Shown here in pieces: positions 1 through 9,620 of a stretch of DNA of 64,000 bases. A model generated the notes under the pieces. That model was not told the DNA's origin. It made no database searches and saw only the letters and a program-made list of their open reading frames with translations. How positions within the stretch are numbered: the first letter of the stretch is position 1; every line of letters starts with the position of its first letter. The translations under genes and the position numbers were made by a program. This DNA comes from Candidatus Poribacteria bacterium (GTDB taxonomy: Bacteria; Poribacteria; WGA-4E; WGA-3G). The stretch spans positions 22,632 through 86,631 of the forward strand of contig JAGWBV010000001.1 in NCBI GenBank assembly GCA_021295715.1. The letters run 5' to 3'.

Positions 1-15
1 CCTCTTGCGTTCATA

Positions 16-1227
16 CTAATCGCTTGATTTTCGAAATTCACAGTAACTCTCATACCGAGACTGTGAAATGTCACCTTTTCTCAAGGCTACATCCACACGA
101 CAACCTTCCTGATCAATATGCGTGCAATGATTTTTCATACAACGCTCTCGGAGTGAGCGCATCTCTGGAAAATAGCGGGCCATCAAGCGAGGTTCAATGT
201 CCCAAAACTGCAGCTCACGAAGTCCTGGCGTATCGGCGATAAAGCCGCCGAAATCCAAATTGTAAAGTTGGGTTGCGACGGTCGTGTGTCTTCCACCACG
301 TCTCGGATTCACTGCGTTCGTTTTCAGTTTCAAATTGGGCTGAATGGCATTCAGAAGTGAAGATTTTCCGACCCCTGATAACCCAGTGAGTGCCGAAATC
401 TTCCCTCTCATCCACGCTTTCAAATCCTTGATTCCCTCGCCAGTCGTTGCACTCGTGAGGGTTGTCCGATAACCGATTTTCTGATAAATCGCGGCTATCG
501 AATCCACTTCTGATCGGTTTTCGAGCATATCAATTTTATTGAAACAGATAAGAGGTTCAATGCCTGATGCCTCGGCGATAACGAGGAACCTGTCCAGCAT
601 TCGCTGCCAGATCGGCGGTTCTTTTACAGAAGATACGATGATGAGTCCATCGAGATTCGGAATGAGAATAACTCTTTTGGATTGTGTCCCTCTTCGTTTG
701 TATTGGCTCTTCCGCCGCATAACGGCTGCGATCGTACCATGTGATTCATCAATCACCTGAATTTTAACGCGGTCCCCAACAAATATCTGCTGATTTGTGC
801 TAAAGGCATCTCGTTTTCCCCGCAGCGAACATTGATATCGATTCGCATCACATTGCACAACGTAAACACCGTTGCTCGCATGCATCACGATACCCTCGGG
901 AAGTCCGATCAATTTTTCGTTATCGAAAAGATAGCCCGTCCGTTTGAGGAGTTCCTCGTCGGGGATGATGCGTGCGCCTTTGATCGCACTGAGACGCCTA
1001 ACCCGGTCTTTGACAAGCATCTTCTCCGATTTGAGTAGCAATGCCACAACGACGGGTTTGTCTTCGTCAGTGTCAAGGGCATTCTCGGCATCCCGAATCG
1101 CTGGATTCATACCAAGATACACCCGGCTATAGGTGACACGCTCCCGCCAGTCAAAAGCCGAGTAATCGCCTGCGATAATCTTTTCCGCTTCACTTAAAGT
1201 TGTGCCTGCGTAAACAGACATTGCCAT
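16..1227 (-). CDS. rsgA: Ribosome small-subunit-dependent GTPase RsgA/YjeQ with ~110-aa N-terminal extension
   Basis: Circularly permuted GTPase motif order NKIDM (G4) > GLSGVGKSS (P-loop) > DTPG (G3); C-terminal Zn knuckle CMKNHCTHIDQEGC. Confidence 0.85.
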   Translation of the reverse strand: MAMSVYAGTTLSEAEKIIAGDYSAFDWRERVTYSRVYLGMNPAIRDAENALDTDEDKPVVVALLLKSEKMLVKDRVRRLSAIKGARIIPDEELLKRTGYLFDNEKLIGLPEGIVMHASNGVYVVQCDANRYQCSLRGKRDAFSTNQQIFVGDRVKIQVIDESHGTIAAVMRRKSQYKRRGTQSKRVILIPNLDGLIIVSSVKEPPIWQRMLDRFLVIAEASGIEPLICFNKIDMLENRSEVDSIAAIYQKIGYRTTLTSATTGEGIKDLKAWMRGKISALTGLSGVGKSSLLNAIQPNLKLKTNAVNPRRGGRHTTVATQLYNLDFGGFIADTPGLRELQFWDIEPRLMARYFPEMRSLRERCMKNHCTHIDQEGCRVDVALRKGDISQSRYESYCEFRKSSD

Positions 1228-1392
1228 AACTGTTAATTACCTTTGTTTTCTCTATCCCAAATCATCGAGAAATTTCGCGAATGATTCAAACGGACGTTGG
1301 TTAAGACTATGATAAGACGTGATAATCTGTCACCTACATTCAATTTTGGATGCACTTTAGAAGGCATCACGTGAATGATGTGCTGATTTTTC

Positions 1393-1421
1393 TTGACGTG
1401 TTTCACGAAATTGGTTATTCT
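1393..1421 (+). promoter_or_regulatory. Candidate sigma-70 promoter
   Basis: TTGACG - 17 nt - TATTCT, about 50 nt upstream of the 1469 ATG. Confidence 0.35.
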
Positions 1422-1468
1422 TTTTATCAGTGAAGAATTTCATTTGATTCAGGACAAGGAGAATACCC

Positions 1469-2548
1469 ATGGAAACGTATCGTGCCGCTGTTATTGGTTG
1501 TAGCCGGATGGGCGCTTTTATTGACAACGAAGTCCCCGATTACGAAGCGATTAAGTTACCTTATTCCCATGCCGCAGGCTATTTTGCCGAAGAAAGAACC
1601 GACCTTGTCGCATGTGCGGATCTGCGTCCAGAAGTCATGGAACATTTTGGAAACCGATATAATGTCCCGAAAGCGAATCAGTACACCGATTATCGGGACA
1701 TGCTTGAAAAAGAACAACCTGATATTGTCAGTGTTGCCACACAGCCAGAGCATCGCGCAGAAATTGTTATTTACGCAGCAGAGCACGGTGTGAAAGCCAT
1801 CTATGCGGAAAAGGCGATGGCGGCTTCTATGGATGAAGCAGCCGCAATGGTAGCTGCCGTAGAAGAAAACAATGTCGCCTTTAACCTCGGCACAAATCGT
1901 CGGTGGCATACAGGTTTCGACAAGATGAAAGAGATCATTGACAGTGGTGAAATTGGTAACCTACGCACCTTGATTATCTATTCAAACGGTACACTTTTCA
2001 ACTCAGCCAGCCATCACTTCGACCTGATTTTACGTTTGAATAGCGATGCGCCTGCAAGTTGGATCACTGGTTATCTTCCGCAAGGCGATTCGGTTTTTGA
2101 TGGGAATGAACTGCGAGCTGATCCGTCTGGCGGTGGAACAATCCAATTTGAAAATGGTGTGACGGCACATGCCTTGCTAACGCCACGGAGTAGTGAATGG
2201 GAAGCGATTTGTGATGGCGGAACCGTTACCTGCTGGAACAACGGTTGGCAGTGGCATCTCCGTAAGCAGCAAGATATCCCCGGATGGAGGGCATGTCAGG
2301 TTCCTGAAACCTTTCCTGAATTTGAACATACCAGTAGCACCGCAAACTTGGTTAAAGACCTTGTTCACGCCTTAGATACAGGGCAACCGACTCGAGGCGG
2401 CGTCCGGTGCGCGTATGCCAGCACTGAACTGATTTTTGGCATCATTGAATCGCATCTACACAACGGCACACGTATTGAACTTCCGTTGACAGACTCAAAA
2501 ATCCGTTTACAGAGAAACCCAACTGCCAGACAACCCAGGACCGAGTAA
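1469..2548 (+). CDS. Gfo/Idh/MocA family NAD(P)-dependent oxidoreductase
   Basis: N-terminal Rossmann AAVIGCSRMG, AIYAEKAMA (EKP-like) motif, aaggag SD 7 nt upstream of ATG. Confidence 0.8.
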   Translation: METYRAAVIGCSRMGAFIDNEVPDYEAIKLPYSHAAGYFAEERTDLVACADLRPEVMEHFGNRYNVPKANQYTDYRDMLEKEQPDIVSVATQPEHRAEIVIYAAEHGVKAIYAEKAMAASMDEAAAMVAAVEENNVAFNLGTNRRWHTGFDKMKEIIDSGEIGNLRTLIIYSNGTLFNSASHHFDLILRLNSDAPASWITGYLPQGDSVFDGNELRADPSGGGTIQFENGVTAHALLTPRSSEWEAICDGGTVTCWNNGWQWHLRKQQDIPGWRACQVPETFPEFEHTSSTANLVKDLVHALDTGQPTRGGVRCAYASTELIFGIIESHLHNGTRIELPLTDSKIRLQRNPTARQPRTE

Positions 2549-2565
2549 CCATAGCAAGTTGGGTA

Positions 2566-3513
2566 TCAATCAAGAATTTCAAGGGACGCGCCTCGAATGT
2601 CGTCCAATTCTTGCGCGCTGAAGACACCAGCACGGTAGAGATTCCGATACTCTTCAGAGACACTCTGACCGAATATCATCAGATCGTCTGTGTTAATTGT
2701 CACAGGTACGCCGTTGTCATATAAGACGCGAATCGGATGGGAGGCGAGGTCGGACACACCCCCCAACATCACGTTGCTCGTTGGGCACACGTTCAATTGT
2801 ATCTGATGCTCCACAAGCCACCGCATGACTTCAACCGATTCCGCAGCACCAATGCCGTGTTGAACCTCGTCTAAATCCAAGACTTCAGCCGTCCGCCTGA
2901 CTTCTTCCGCACCCCCGAACTCGCCAACGTGCGCTTTCAGTTTCATCTCGGTTTCGCGTGCCTTTGCAAACAATGGCTTCATAACTTCAGGTGGACACAC
3001 CTCTGGACGGCTATAGAGATCAATTGATTGAAATATCCCGGATTCTACCGCCTCGTATGCGAAGCGCGTTAGTTTCGGATCGTCAGCATTTCCACGGGAA
3101 AAGCCGAGTTCTGGACGTAACTCTGCTTGTTCCCGGTATCGCTCAACCAATGTTTCAATAAACGCACAAAGCCCATTCACCCCGTCGGGATAGAACTCCG
3201 CCAGACGGATGTCGAAGCTCATCTCAAGCATAACAACGCCATCTTGGACGGCATCGTTCATCGCTGACACCCCAACGAACTCAAAGCCTTCACGGTGTTT
3301 TATGGGAGATGCTAAGACCGCGTCGGCGTATGCCATCATCTCTTCAAGTCCATTCATCGTGGAAGGCGGTTTTGTTAGAGAATGCCCTATCCAACGTTCA
3401 ACATTCTCTAATCGTGTGCTGAAGAACGCATGACAGTGAACGTCAGTTTTGGGGGTTGCCCTTATAGCAGTCAAATTATCTATGGAGAGTGCTTCAGCGA
3501 AATCCATATTCAT
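2566..3513 (-). CDS. Adenosine/AMP deaminase family protein (paralog 1)
   Basis: Amidohydrolase metal motifs DVHCHAF (HxH), HVGEFGG, HGIGA, NVCPTSN, TINTDDL; 57-aa block identical to the paralog at 6714-7667. Confidence 0.8.
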   Translation of the reverse strand: MNMDFAEALSIDNLTAIRATPKTDVHCHAFFSTRLENVERWIGHSLTKPPSTMNGLEEMMAYADAVLASPIKHREGFEFVGVSAMNDAVQDGVVMLEMSFDIRLAEFYPDGVNGLCAFIETLVERYREQAELRPELGFSRGNADDPKLTRFAYEAVESGIFQSIDLYSRPEVCPPEVMKPLFAKARETEMKLKAHVGEFGGAEEVRRTAEVLDLDEVQHGIGAAESVEVMRWLVEHQIQLNVCPTSNVMLGGVSDLASHPIRVLYDNGVPVTINTDDLMIFGQSVSEEYRNLYRAGVFSAQELDDIRGASLEILD

Positions 3514-3667
3514 AATACAAATTTAGGAGTCCAATGCGTCAGAGATAACATAGTCCAAACTATAGTATATATTGTCTATATGTGAATAAACTTATCACAA
3601 TTCGGAACACCAAATCACATTATGAAAACTACGCTTTGTGTGTCCTAAAATTTGAATAATCTCAAAA

Positions 3668-4579
3668 TTAGAAATAGCCTCGCGTAATTACATCATTCTC
3701 AGGCTTTTCCTCAATAACACCACGAACATGCCCCACAAATCTTAGAAATACCTCTGTCGAAAAAGGATTGGTTTCTAAGTATTGAGCGAATCTTTCCCTA
3801 TTCTTCTGTCTCCCTATGGCTGTACTGAATTCCCGACGCACATCAGAAGAAAGTCGTTTTGCCTTACGTAGTACAAGAATCTCATCTATAGCCGTAGTGT
3901 GAGTACTTATAGGTGACATATCAAGCCATTCACACAACAAATAGTACTTCGCCCCTGGAACAACAAGTTTAACGTCTAAAGCAGTCGCAGCAGCCTCCTG
4001 AAACATTGTTTTATCTAGGTTTGTCTTGCACTCTGCCGCGATATAGGCAATATTAGTTTCTCTTGTTATACTACCTTGAAAGTCTTTATGGTGTGACGAT
4101 CGAATAAACAATCTTCTGCTTATGGCGAAATCATGATCTTTGGTCCTAACTTGCATACCACCACCGATTCTATCTGTCGCGATACCCGATTCAAATCTAA
4201 TTCCCGAGAAGCAGGTCATTGGACCGAAGCCCAAGTCATAGTCTTGAAGTAGATCAGACAAAGCCGAAGTTAATAATATAGGAAGGAACTCTTCAATAAT
4301 GGTATTATCAAGTTTAAGTTGACCCTTCTGGCGGTAAAGGAAATTATTTTTGCTGTCAAATATGACATTTAGTTCAATGTACCGTTTGTATTCATTTAGT
4401 ATATCAACCATATCAGTTACAATTTCTTGAGGTTCACCTGTAACTAATTTTAGTTTCTCTAACCATTCTTTATAAAATGTCAGTGCGTCTAAGATATAGG
4501 GGCGATCTGACTTAGGAAGTTTTTCATTTTCAAGTAACGCGTTTAATTTATCACCATGCGGTGTAGGGAGGACATACAT
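3668..4579 (-). CDS. Putative type II restriction endonuclease
   Basis: Starts 2 nt after the stop of the DNA methyltransferase; candidate PD-(D/E)xK core (KDHDFAIS ... IAAECK); same AT-rich composition as the MTase. Confidence 0.5.
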   Translation of the reverse strand: MYVLPTPHGDKLNALLENEKLPKSDRPYILDALTFYKEWLEKLKLVTGEPQEIVTDMVDILNEYKRYIELNVIFDSKNNFLYRQKGQLKLDNTIIEEFLPILLTSALSDLLQDYDLGFGPMTCFSGIRFESGIATDRIGGGMQVRTKDHDFAISRRLFIRSSHHKDFQGSITRETNIAYIAAECKTNLDKTMFQEAAATALDVKLVVPGAKYYLLCEWLDMSPISTHTTAIDEILVLRKAKRLSSDVRREFSTAIGRQKNRERFAQYLETNPFSTEVFLRFVGHVRGVIEEKPENDVITRGYF

Positions 4580-4581
4580 AC

Positions 4582-5829
4582 TTAAACCTCTTTCACATCT
4601 TTAGCATTAAACAAAGGTGATTCATGAACACTGCTAATGTTCTTTAGAGCTAATCTGATGTCCTCTTTCGATTTTTCAGGTGCTGCTGAATACGACACTT
4701 CCAATGTTTCTTGAGCTACCTTTCGAGCAGTCTCCAAATATACTTCAAGCGGCGGATGTTCAAGCGGCGGGGAAAAGTGGAGAATATCTTCAAAGATATT
4801 TTGCCCGAAACTATTATGAAATACCCTCTGTTGCTTGAGAGTTAAATTAAACCCCAAAGATCTATGACAAACTTCGGCTACAATTTCACCGTTAAAGAAA
4901 CGTGTTCCTTTTACTGTTGATTCTCTACCTACTACAAAAATCAGTCTCGCACCGGCACGACATACTCTTGCTAATTCACTAAGGGCTTGAGCCATATCAA
5001 GGCAAAACTGAACAACAGTCAGAAATCTGTTGCCTCTATGCTTCCTATTGGCTCCAAATTCTGACCTTGATACTTTTAACAAGTTCCAATTCAGGGCTTC
5101 CATTGATGCTCGATACTGCTGATGATAATTAAAAACATTAATATATGGAGGGGAGGTAATAACAAGATCCACTGACGAATCGGATAAGGGTACTTCACGG
5201 GCATCTGAAAGAAAGACCTTAATCGGCTGGCATGAAAACGGCAGTTCAACTACAAGTTTCCTGAGATTCGTCCAAATCTTAAAAACCTTTTCCACCGATA
5301 TATCAGCCTGATAAAAATCCAGTAAAGTAATTAATGTTTCCAACAGTCCACGCTGAAAGCGGTCATCTACTTTTGATAGTAAACCAACAAGTTTCAGTTT
5401 AACTGCCTCAAAGTTTGTTTCATCTTGGTCTCCATCAATATTCTGAAAAAGTGGTAAACTGGGTAAAAATTCAGCATGAAGGAGGCTTGAAACTGCCTGT
5501 AAATGTGAACGGCGTGAATCAACAGGAAGGTTGATAAGATGGTAAGTCTGTGCCAGCATAGCGGCAGCCGGATTAATTTCGGTGCCACTCGCTTTAAGTC
5601 CAGCGATACCAGATTCAAAAAGAACAGTTCCACTGCCAAGAAAGGGATCAAGTACAGTCGTATCCCGATTGGAATAATTATCTAAGAATACTTGAACCAA
5701 TTGAGGTGAAAATTGCCCTTTCCAACGTAAAGGATTACTACGGTACTTATTAGCGATATCGAGATCCGCTTGAAGTATTTCTTTCGTGTTAAAAGGCGTA
5801 TCTGCATAAATTCCATTTAAAATCGGCAT
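4582..5829 (-). CDS. DNA amino-methyltransferase (N4-cytosine or N6-adenine)
   Basis: Motif I DPFLGSGT at aa 61-68 and motif IV SPPY at aa 226-229; about 33% G+C in sampled lines. Confidence 0.8.
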   Translation of the reverse strand: MPILNGIYADTPFNTKEILQADLDIANKYRSNPLRWKGQFSPQLVQVFLDNYSNRDTTVLDPFLGSGTVLFESGIAGLKASGTEINPAAAMLAQTYHLINLPVDSRRSHLQAVSSLLHAEFLPSLPLFQNIDGDQDETNFEAVKLKLVGLLSKVDDRFQRGLLETLITLLDFYQADISVEKVFKIWTNLRKLVVELPFSCQPIKVFLSDAREVPLSDSSVDLVITSPPYINVFNYHQQYRASMEALNWNLLKVSRSEFGANRKHRGNRFLTVVQFCLDMAQALSELARVCRAGARLIFVVGRESTVKGTRFFNGEIVAEVCHRSLGFNLTLKQQRVFHNSFGQNIFEDILHFSPPLEHPPLEVYLETARKVAQETLEVSYSAAPEKSKEDIRLALKNISSVHESPLFNAKDVKEV

Positions 5830-5899
5830 TACAATACCTAAAAATAAATGTGGATGTGCTAAAGCACAACCTTCTTCGCATTGGATTTTAGCGTTTGCC

Positions 5900-5924
5900 G
5901 GGGTTTTTGCTTGGGTGTTTTTTC
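5900..5924 (+). repeat. A-box dispersed repeat (GTGTTTTTGCTTGGGTGTTTC family)
   Basis: ggggtttttgcttgggtgttttttc. Confidence 0.7.
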
Positions 5925-6097
5925 AAAAGGTGTATCGCACTTAAAATTGCCCAAAGTTTAGTAATATTAAGGATACCGTATTTATTTTTTATTGTCAAAT
6001 TTTTACACAAAGCAGTGCTAAAATTAAAATCTCATACTATCCGCCGCGATGGCTTCTTAGGATTTTTCCGATGCGTCCAGATTAATACAGAATATAA

Positions 6098-6309
6098 CGC
6101 CTTGTGCTAATTGACCATGTGTTTTGTTAAATTTCACAGTTGTTGGGTTTTGGTTGTAAATTGGACCTTGATTTCATCTCTGCTTTGTTCTCATATAGAG
6201 ACTTTGATTTAAAAATGGGGGCAATATGAACCGAAACTGTCAAATTACAAGTGACAAAGGGTTAACACTGTGAAATCTAAATCTACATAGAGTTAATTAG
6301 CACAAGCCG
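6098..6309. repeat. Inverted repeat pair at the right edge of the AT-rich R-M island
   Basis: CGCCTTGTGCTAATTGAC (6098-6115) versus the reverse complement of GTTAATTAGCACAAGCCG (6292-6309): 16/18 match with a 12-bp perfect core. Confidence 0.55.
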
Positions 6310-6323
6310 TGAATATAGGAAGT

Positions 6324-6710
6324 TCACGGTTGGGAATACTGGCAGATTTTCTTGTGCCGACGATCGAACCTCCTGCTGAGTGATAGAATCGTTCGGCGTT
6401 CGGGTCTCCTTAACTTTCGACCGAAGCCTTTGCCAATAAAATTAGGCTCAACGAATAGGTAACTCAGTTCTACTTCAGAAGCAGAAATGTGTTCTAACGA
6501 ATAAAACCCTATGATGTCTCTTGAGTCTTCAATCACAAAAGTAGGGTTGTTCTCAATGTAGTGTTCGTCAACCGTGAGTTCCTCAAGACATGTTTGCATA
6601 AATCGGTCAGAGTAACCCCAAGATGACTTGGAACGGAATGCGAGTCCACTCAAATGTTCAACTTCACTCGGTAGTGCCTGTCGAATTTGCCATTTCTGTG
6701 TATTGGACAC
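6324..6710 (-). CDS. GNAT family N-acetyltransferase, probably 3'-truncated/decayed
   Basis: Motif A FIGKGFGRKL is present, but only ~30 atypical basic residues follow and motif B is missing; 128 aa, short for a GNAT; abuts the AT-rich island. Confidence 0.5.
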   Translation of the reverse strand: MSNTQKWQIRQALPSEVEHLSGLAFRSKSSWGYSDRFMQTCLEELTVDEHYIENNPTFVIEDSRDIIGFYSLEHISASEVELSYLFVEPNFIGKGFGRKLRRPERRTILSLSRRFDRRHKKICQYSQP

Positions 6711-6713
6711 GGT

Positions 6714-7667
6714 TTATGTTTCCTTTACGTAAGTGAGAGATGCGCACCGAATATCTTCTAATTCCTGAGCACTGAAGACTCCTGCCTGATAGAGATTCCG
6801 ATACTCTTCAGAGACGCTCTGACCGAATATCATCAGATCGTCCGTGTTAATCGTCACCGGCACGCCGTTGTCATATAAGACGCGAATCGGGTGGGAGGCA
6901 AGATCGGATACACCACCCAACATCACGTTACTCGTTGGACACACGTTCAATTGTATCTGGTTCTCCGAAAGCCACCGCATCACTTCGATCGATTCTGCGG
7001 CACCGATACCGTGTTGAACCTCATCCAAATCAAGGATTTCAACGGTTCGTTGGACTTCTTCCGCACCCCCAAACTCACCAACGTGTGCTTTGAGCTTCAT
7101 TCCCGCTTCGCCTGCCTTTCTGTATAAAGGCTTTACGGTTTCAGGAGCACACGCCTCTTGATGACTATACAGATCGATTGATTGGAACAACCCCAATTCT
7201 ATTGCTTGATGCGCCAATTTCATCCATTTTGGATCGCCAGCACACTCCCGCGCAAAACCGAGTTCTGGACGCAAATCAATCTGCTCCCGATACCGCTCAA
7301 CCAACATTTTAATAAATGCGCGAAGTTCGGTCAACCCCTCCGGATAAAACTTAAGCAACCGGATATCGAAACTCATCTCAAGTAGAACAACGCCATCTTG
7401 GACGGCATCATCTATCGCCGATGCCGCGATGAACTCAAAACCTTGGCGGTGGTCTAAGTGAGGTGCTAATGCCTCGTCTATGTACGCATGCATCCCCTCA
7501 AGTCCTTTCATTTTGAGAGGAGGTTTGATTAGAGGCTGTCCCAGCCAGTGTTCCACATTCTCTCGACGTGTACTTAAGAAAGCGTGGGAGTGAACATCAG
7601 TTTTGGCGGCTGCCCTTATAGCGTCCAAATTATCTGTGGAGAGTGCTTCAACGAAATCAATAGACAT
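6714..7667 (-). CDS. Adenosine/AMP deaminase family protein (paralog 2)
   Basis: DVHSHAF, HVGEFGG, HGIGA, NVCPTSN, TINTDDL; start moved to MSIDFVEAL (7667) by alignment with paralog 1 (MNMDFAEAL). Confidence 0.8.
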   Translation of the reverse strand: MSIDFVEALSTDNLDAIRAAAKTDVHSHAFLSTRRENVEHWLGQPLIKPPLKMKGLEGMHAYIDEALAPHLDHRQGFEFIAASAIDDAVQDGVVLLEMSFDIRLLKFYPEGLTELRAFIKMLVERYREQIDLRPELGFARECAGDPKWMKLAHQAIELGLFQSIDLYSHQEACAPETVKPLYRKAGEAGMKLKAHVGEFGGAEEVQRTVEILDLDEVQHGIGAAESIEVMRWLSENQIQLNVCPTSNVMLGGVSDLASHPIRVLYDNGVPVTINTDDLMIFGQSVSEEYRNLYQAGVFSAQELEDIRCASLTYVKET

Positions 7668-7715
7668 TATAAATCTACGTACGCCAACCACGGCACACGG
7701 TGTGTGCCTGCTACC

Positions 7716-8342
7716 TTAAAGATGAGCGATGTCTCCCCTCTCTGCATATTCGATGATACGTAAGTATTCACCATACACACGACCTCTTGATACCTCGTGT
7801 TGATGCCAATCTTCTTTAGACACTTTAACCCCGTCGTATTCAGCGACATAGGTAATAGGTGAAAGCGTTTGAAAAGGGAAGAATTTTCGCAAGGTCCGTA
7901 AGCATCGACCACTGTGGTGCGCCTTGCATAGAAACGCGATACTCTCAGGAGAAATGTTATGCTGTTCCAATACATCAAGACTGAAGGTGACATCTTCAAG
8001 TGTGTTTGTTGATCTGGCTTGAACGAGGATTATGGCTGATGAAATACCGCGCGCGATAAGTTCTTCACGCATTATGGACGCTAAAGGTCTACCTGTTTCA
8101 TGGTAGAGCCTGCCACTCAGACCAGTGACCAGTATCTTTGGAAAGCGACCTTGCAGATAATCACGCGCCACAGCGTCTAAAATTTCACTATCAATAGAAG
8201 AAGTTCCATAGATGAAAAGGAGTTCGACTGCTTCGGGCTCAGAAGCCGCGAATACAGTTTGTGTAATGCGCTTAATCTCTTCCGGTGACAAATCATTCAC
8301 CGCAACTTCTCTTGGAATGGGTCGATTCTTGAAATCATTCAT
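7716..8342 (-). CDS. YdcF/DUF218 family protein
   Basis: DUF218-like pattern LLFIYGTSS ... ILVTGLSG ... ARSTNTLEDV; 208 aa. Confidence 0.65.
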   Translation of the reverse strand: MNDFKNRPIPREVAVNDLSPEEIKRITQTVFAASEPEAVELLFIYGTSSIDSEILDAVARDYLQGRFPKILVTGLSGRLYHETGRPLASIMREELIARGISSAIILVQARSTNTLEDVTFSLDVLEQHNISPESIAFLCKAHHSGRCLRTLRKFFPFQTLSPITYVAEYDGVKVSKEDWHQHEVSRGRVYGEYLRIIEYAERGDIAHL

Positions 8343-8350
8343 CTACTAAC

Positions 8351-8815
8351 TCAATTTTTCAGTTGCTGGTTCGATGCAGGTAATTTTTCCATCTGAAAGT
8401 GTGTAGCACTCTCACCGACGATTAAAAATCCCAGCCTCTGATAGAAGGCGATACCGCCGGTGTTGACCTGTAGCACCTGAAGTGCTACACACTGTCCCTC
8501 AAGACTGGCATCGTCAAGAATAAACGTCATACAGGCGGAACCGATGCCTTTTCCTTGGTACTCAGGAAGAATAAAGAGTTGATTGACTTTGAGTGTATCA
8601 GAGGTATTAGACGTTGCCAAGAAACCGACGTCTATTGCGCGAAATTGAATAATCTGAATATCCTGTGCAGCGAACCGTCTATTATGTAGTTCCTTTTGGT
8701 AGTTATCATCCCAACCCCATATCTGTTCTACATACTCACGGAACGCCGCCTTCTTCACGGTAAAAACGAATTCGCTATCGCTTGCGCATGCCTTGCGAAA
8801 ACTTAACGCCTCCAT
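8351..8815 (-). CDS. GNAT family N-acetyltransferase
   Basis: Motif A YQGKGIGSACM, FYQRLGF motif B; start moved to ATG 8815, preceded by a ggagg SD. Confidence 0.8.
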   Translation of the reverse strand: MEALSFRKACASDSEFVFTVKKAAFREYVEQIWGWDDNYQKELHNRRFAAQDIQIIQFRAIDVGFLATSNTSDTLKVNQLFILPEYQGKGIGSACMTFILDDASLEGQCVALQVLQVNTGGIAFYQRLGFLIVGESATHFQMEKLPASNQQLKN

Positions 8816-8846
8816 GGCAAACCTCCACTTTCGGGCAGTATAGGAT

Positions 8847-9620
8847 TTATACCCCTTTCTTTGCGACAATGGCAAAACTCACATTGTAAGCCATCTCGTG
8901 CGTCCAACTTCCGGGTGTGGCATCAATATCTGGCAGGGTCCATGAACGTTCCTCAACCCGCTCAATCAAGAAACCATTGTCCACGAGTCCATTGAATATA
9001 TCACTCAAGTAGTGCCGGAAATCGAATGCGCCGTCTGGATACCTGTAAATACGTTCAGAATACGGTTCGGTGACGCGATAGAATTCACCATCCCACTCCA
9101 AGGAATGGTTGGCGGGATTGCCAAAATCTACGCGATACTGACCCCCGGGACGGATAATCCTTGATACACCTCTATAGATTTCATGAACGGACGGCACCCA
9201 ACTCATGGAGGGCCCTTGGTAGATAAGATCATACGAAGCATCTTCAATTGCGGACAGATTACGGATATTGGCGCAAATTGTCTCAACCGGATAGCCGTAA
9301 TGCCTCGCGGCAGTAATATCCCCGTCGAGCTGACCCTGTGTAAAATCGATCACAGTCACACGGGCATCCAGCAGACCGAACACCGCCGACTGCTGTCCTC
9401 CACCTGCAGCGAGACACAACACGTTCTTGTGGGCAACATCCTTGAGCAGATACGCAGGATAGATTTGGTAGAGATGATACGGGACCAAATCAAGCCCATC
9501 TTCAGCGTATTCCAGAATATCGTCTCTATCAAGGTCGAGCCACGGCACAGTAAAGCCGTTCTTTCTCAAGACTGCGGCTTCCCAACGCGCTCGATTGGCA
9601 ATCGTAATTTCATCATTCAT
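8847..9620 (-). CDS. Class I SAM-dependent methyltransferase
   Basis: Motif I VLCLAAGGGQQS, acidic loop VIDFT; ATGA overlap with the upstream kinase gene. Confidence 0.75.
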   Translation of the reverse strand: MNDEITIANRARWEAAVLRKNGFTVPWLDLDRDDILEYAEDGLDLVPYHLYQIYPAYLLKDVAHKNVLCLAAGGGQQSAVFGLLDARVTVIDFTQGQLDGDITAARHYGYPVETICANIRNLSAIEDASYDLIYQGPSMSWVPSVHEIYRGVSRIIRPGGQYRVDFGNPANHSLEWDGEFYRVTEPYSERIYRYPDGAFDFRHYLSDIFNGLVDNGFLIERVEERSWTLPDIDATPGSWTHEMAYNVSFAIVAKKGV

